Positions 59,558 to 64,000 of a stretch of DNA of 64,000 bases are shown in pieces. The stretch is taken from contig NC_042997.1 of NCBI RefSeq assembly GCF_006345805.1, positions 87,110,001-87,174,000 on the forward strand, given 5' to 3'. The translations under genes were made by a program, and so were the position numbers. Source of the DNA: Octopus sinensis (taxonomy: Eukaryota). The notes beneath the pieces are model-generated. The model saw only the letters and a program-made list of their open reading frames with translations. It ran no database searches and was not told the origin of the DNA. The number at the start of each line of letters is the position of its first letter. The first letter of the stretch is position 1.

Positions 59558-62500
59558 ATGACAAAACTTAGAATCGGTTGCTTGAATGTGAGAGGCCTCA
59601 GGTCACCTTGAAAACAGGGTCACCTGTTAAACGACCTGAGGTTTCATGATGTGGATGTAGCAGCCATCAGTGAAACCAGGCTCTCCGACCCGCAGGAACT
59701 CGCAGCCCTTTTCGCCGGATGCGAGATATTTCTATCTCCGTGTCGGCCGGAAGCGGGCGGTGGTGGTACTGCGGTGTTGTTTCGGAAGGGCCTGGATTTG
59801 AAAATAAGGATCCGGAAGGTAAGTTGGTGGTCCCCGACGTAGACGGTAGTGACGGCGATGCTTTCAGACTGCTGGCTGCCTACGCTCCAACGGGAGCAGG
59901 GCAGTCGGATTATTTCAAACGTCTGGAAGTTTTCCTGGGAACGTCACGCACTCTAGTGCTAGTTGGGGATTGGAACGCTGTCTTAGACGAACGTTTCGAT
60001 CGGGTGGGCAGGGGAGCGTCTGATAGGAGGGGAGAGTGCAAGAGCCTCGCCAACCTGCTCGGACGCTTTCAGCTGTCCGACAGGTTTCGACTAGACAATC
60101 CGAATGTGCCAATGTGGACTTGGACCAATCGCATCGGGTCGTCTAGATCGTACTTAGAGTGTTTTGTAGGCCAGTGAATAAGGACAGCATAGGGTGTCCA
60201 CAATTCCACCTAGTCGACTACACGGACCACAAATTCGTAATCTGTACGGCCGACTTAGCTAGGCTACATAGACAGGGACCCGGATACTGAAAGCTGAACG
60301 TGTCGTTAACGGCGTGCAAAGCTTACAGAGACCGGATTAGTTTACTAGTTAAGCGGGCGCTCACGGGGCCAATCATCAACAACAACTGGTGGTTTGCCCT
60401 CAAGAGAGCAATTAGAGTAGAGTCGATTAGGTTTAGTAAGACTCTAGCTATTGAACGTAGGAAGAGAGAGCGGGATTTAGTTAAGAAACTAGACGAGGCT
60501 CTTGAGACTGGCATCGCGACCGACGTGTTGACGGCAATGTTGGCCCTCGACTAACACTTTGATGCCAAACACGAAGGCTGCGTTGTCAGAGCTAAGGCAC
60601 GTTCGGTAAGCGGGGAGGGGACTAGAGCCGCTCGATGGGCCCGCGTGGCGGAGGCGAAGCGAGGCAACAAAGCAACCATTCGGTCTTTGGTGGACCAGAA
60701 CGGGCGCGAAGTTACCGAACCGAAGCAGATGTGTACGGTGTTTCAGCGGCACTTTGCTCAACTGTTTGGGACGAGCGGTGGAACGCACAATGGTGCAGAC
60801 TTCGGTGTGTACCTGGACGGCCTACCGCAACTCTCGGACAGCGAGGCAGAGTGCTGCGAAGAACCGATATCTGCCTGGGAAGTGGAGGAAGCGATGAAGA
60901 GTTGCACGAGAGGTAGATCGCCGTGTTTGGATGGTCTGCCCTACGAGCTTTACACTTCAATGCCAGACTTGTTTGCGGGCCTGTTGGCAAACGTCTACTG
61001 CAACTGGCAGCAAAACGGGAGAATTCCTGCTTTTGTCTGTCGAGGGGTTTGCTAAAAAAGGACCCAAACAAGGGGGACGTTATAGGGAATTTTCGGTCCA
61101 TCACTCTGCTCAATGCAGAGTTGAAGATTTAGGCCAAGGTGCTAGCCAAGAGATTGGCGCTTGTCGTGGACAAGCTGGTCGGCAAGACGCAGACATGCGC
61201 CGTGCCGACCAGGTCGATACACGACAACCTCCATCTCATGCACTACAACATAGAGAGGGTGGGGCTTTGATCAACTTAAATCAGAGTAAAGCCTTCGATA
61301 GGGTCGACCATCGGTACCTGGCAGCTGTTCTCAAGGCAGCCGGCTTCGGTCCAGTCTTCCGCGGGTGGATCGCTGCTTTATACAGCAACATCTGCTCGGT
61401 GATACGGGTGAACGGTCACCTTTCGGAACCGTTTGACATCTCGCGTTCGGTCCGCCAAGGATGCCCTCTCTCCTTCCTCTTGTACATATTGACTCTCGAG
61501 CCATTACTGCGCAAGTTGGAGGCTTTGAGGGGTATCCCGCGCGATCTAGGAGGCGGAAACAGCGTGTCTGCCTATGCCGACGACGTCACCGTGATGGTGT
61601 CGAGCCACAGGCACAGTGGCCTGATTGGCGAGACACTAAACGAGTACGAAGCGGTGACAGGGGCAAAGATTAACGCGGAAAAGTCTGTGGGCTTGCAACT
61701 GGACACCTGGAGAGGCAAGCCCATGCCGTCCAACAGCGTCGTAGGGCGCTGGACAGACGGACCCATTAAACTGCTCGGGGTCTGGTTCGGTCCGGACCTC
61801 CAGGTGGATAAAAACTGGGAAGAGGTGACGAGAAGGGTGGCACGTCTCACCCCGAAATGGGCCGAGAGGAAGCTGTCCCTGAAAGGTCGAGCGGAGGTGG
61901 CGAATGCATACATCGCATCCGTCATCTATTACCGCTTGACCGTCGTCCCTTGTCCCAACCGCTGGTTGGCCAAGCTGGTACGCCTGCTCTTCGATTTTTT
62001 GTGGAAGGGTCAGGTGCCACTGGTCAGGCGATCCATCTGCTGTCAACGACCGCTGAACGGAGGCCTTGGCATGCCGTGGTTGCTGATGCGCAGACATGCG
62101 CTCAGGCTGCGACATCTCAAGCGTTTCCTAGACGGTGATCAGGTGTGGTCGTCTTTTGTCAGACGCGACTTTCCGCAGCTCGTCACTTTGACAGAGCTGC
62201 AGACCTGGATTAAACGTAGACCGAGAAAGGGCGCTTGGCACCTCGAGCGCCGTCAAGCTCTCTCCGCCCTCCGCCAGGCGGGCAATGCGATCGGTTTTAA
62301 TTCCACTCTAGCTTTCTATAGAGGGTTAGTGGAGGAAAAATGCGACGACGTTCTCGGGGAAACTCTAGGCGTTGACGATAACGAACTGAGCGGTCTGTTC
62401 GGAAGGACTTTCGGGCCGGGGTCAATGGATAATTTCCAGAGGTCGCTCGCCTGGCAGTGCTACCGAGGGGCTCTGCCTGTTCGGGATAAACTCTACCGGC

Positions 62501-62922
62501 ACGGAAGTGCCGTCAGCCGGGCCTGCCCGAGGTGTTGCCAGGACGACGAAACCGTTCTGCACGCACTCGTCCAGTGCCCGAGTATTGCTGAACTATTGGT
62601 TTATGTCGAACAGCTACTGTCACGTGTAGGACGAATCCATAGTGAAGATTGTCCCGCCGACCTCCTTTAACAAGGAGGGCGAGGCCGTTTTTTGTGCCTA
62701 GTGGCTATGGCGAAAGAGATTGTATGGTGGACCCTTTTGAAAGGGCTAAAGTCAGACACTTTCCTCTTTGGTCAAGGCCTCATCAACTTTTTCAAGTTTC
62801 ACTTGAAAAGGAAGATGAGGTTAGAGAGGAGAGTGCTGTCCGATAGCAAGTTTTCTGAAAGGTGGGTGAATTGTGCGAGAATGGCCAGTATAAATGGACC
62901 AATTCTCAGGTTTCGCCTGTGA
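59558..62922 (+). pseudogene. Tx1 ORF2 (APE endonuclease plus reverse transcriptase), multiple stops and frameshifts
   Basis: MTKLRIGCLNVRG, ISETR, YAP, LVGDWNA, TDH; RT motifs DGLPYELY, RSITLLNAELKI, SKAFDRVDH, RQGCPLS and YADDV; CPRC..ETVLHALVQC. Confidence 0.92.
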
Positions 62923-63170
62923 TTGAAAAAGGTTTTATAAAAGGAGGAAGGGGCTCCCGTTGGCTTTTATGGGATTTTTTTCCACCAGGAACCTTTCGAA
63001 GCGCCTCCCCCTATTGGGAGTTTTTCATTGTTATAATCTTTCTTTGTTAAACAGTTTTTACTCGGATTTTTTCAAAAGCGGACAAAACCCTTTGTAACCT
63101 TTCGTCCTGTTTTGTCCCTTTATGTTTCCTAATCATGTGTGTCAGCCCTTGTGGCCAATAAAAATAATTA

Positions 63171-63228
<58 letters not shown>

Positions 63229-63295
63229 TATGTTTGATTTTTGCTTTATATTTGTACAAGTTGGCTCCAAGTCTCACCCAGAGACCTCAAGAGAC

Positions 63296-63359
<64 letters not shown>

Positions 63360-63361
<2 letters not shown>

Positions 63362-63580
63362 GCAGGATCGTTAGAGCGTCAGACAAAATGCCTAGCGATA
63401 TTCATTCCGACTCATTACAGTATGAGTTCAAGTACTTCGAGATTGACTTTGCCTTCCACCCTTTCAGGGTCGATAAAATAAGTACCTGTCTAGCACAGGA
63501 GTCGGTGTAAATGGCTGCCCCACCACCCTCACGTCTCTTTAAATTTCAGGCATTACGCCTATAATAGAAAGGATTACTAT
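63360..63580 (+). mobile_element. SINE-B
   Basis: GCAGGATCGTTAG...GACTTTGCCTTCCACCCTTTCAGGGTCGATAAAATAAGTACC. Confidence 0.75.
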
Positions 63581-64000
63581 CATCATTATCATCATCATCA
63601 TCATCATCATCATTATTATTATCATTATTATTATTAACAACAACAAGAACAGCTGGTGCAATGGAATATGATATATACACACATTGTGGATACACGAGCG
63701 CATGCACACGTATTGACACTTGTAAATGTTTACAATGAAAGGCGTAAACACCAATTCACACTTATTTAAGTATTGAAGCTGCACATATCCTATATCAGCC
63801 AGCAAAGGACTACACAACAAGCAGACTGTTACGCCGCATGTTTAAAACATTTAGTCACGCATGCATTCGGTACGCCTAGAGTTGACACCACTTGACGCTG
63901 TCAGTGAGGGCTCCTCAACGTGATTGCTCGACCCGCTAGAAATACCAGTCAAATCTTTCTCAAATTACACCCTATCTTCTCAAAAATGGAAAAGCTTCAT

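Larger units (their letters stand above)
57361..63166 (+). mobile_element. Full-length Tx1-clade (L1 group) non-LTR retrotransposon, decayed, within (ATT)n
   Basis: 5' UTR, ORF1 with CCHC knuckle, ORF2 with APE, RT and C-terminal zinc motif, and a 3' UTR ending GCCCTTGTGGCCAATAAAAATA. (ATT)n on both sides. Confidence 0.9.

Noticed and set aside
60931-62670. 579-aa ORF as a functional RT gene
   Set aside because: Its N-terminus is off-frame. It is one fragment of a frameshifted Tx1 ORF2.

Overview
This is repeat-saturated, AT-rich eukaryotic DNA. The SINE families and microsatellite load suggest a coleoid cephalopod, probably Octopus (inference). I can support no intact host gene, so the window is intronic or intergenic. 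It contains many copies of three tRNA-headed SINE groups (called A, B and C here). Decayed LINEs are two R4/Dong-type (6.4-7.7 kb and 41.0-43.4 kb), a CR1-type 3' end (21.0-22.1 kb) and a full-length but broken Tx1-type (57.4-63.2 kb). DNA transposon relics are a complete 1.3-kb mariner, a pogo/Tigger-like MITE and a hAT remnant. There are also several Penelope-like or palindromic repeats and long microsatellites. Two candidate systems stand out. (1) Three unrelated short repeat families carry all hammerhead-ribozyme catalytic motifs with co-varying stems I and III, but in a non-circularly permuted order (UH, then GAAA, then CUGANGA). One family has two copies 855 nt apart, like a retrozyme. 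(2) A ~2.1-2.2-kb ORF1-only Tx1-derived retroelement (no ORF2) occurs as three diverged copies whose 3' ends all abut the same site (AAGCAAGCT) in the tRNA-like head of SINE-A, with a visible target-site duplication. SINE tails also match the 3' ends of the CR1 and Tx1 LINEs in the same window. All alignments were done by eye, and boundaries of degenerate repeats are approximate.
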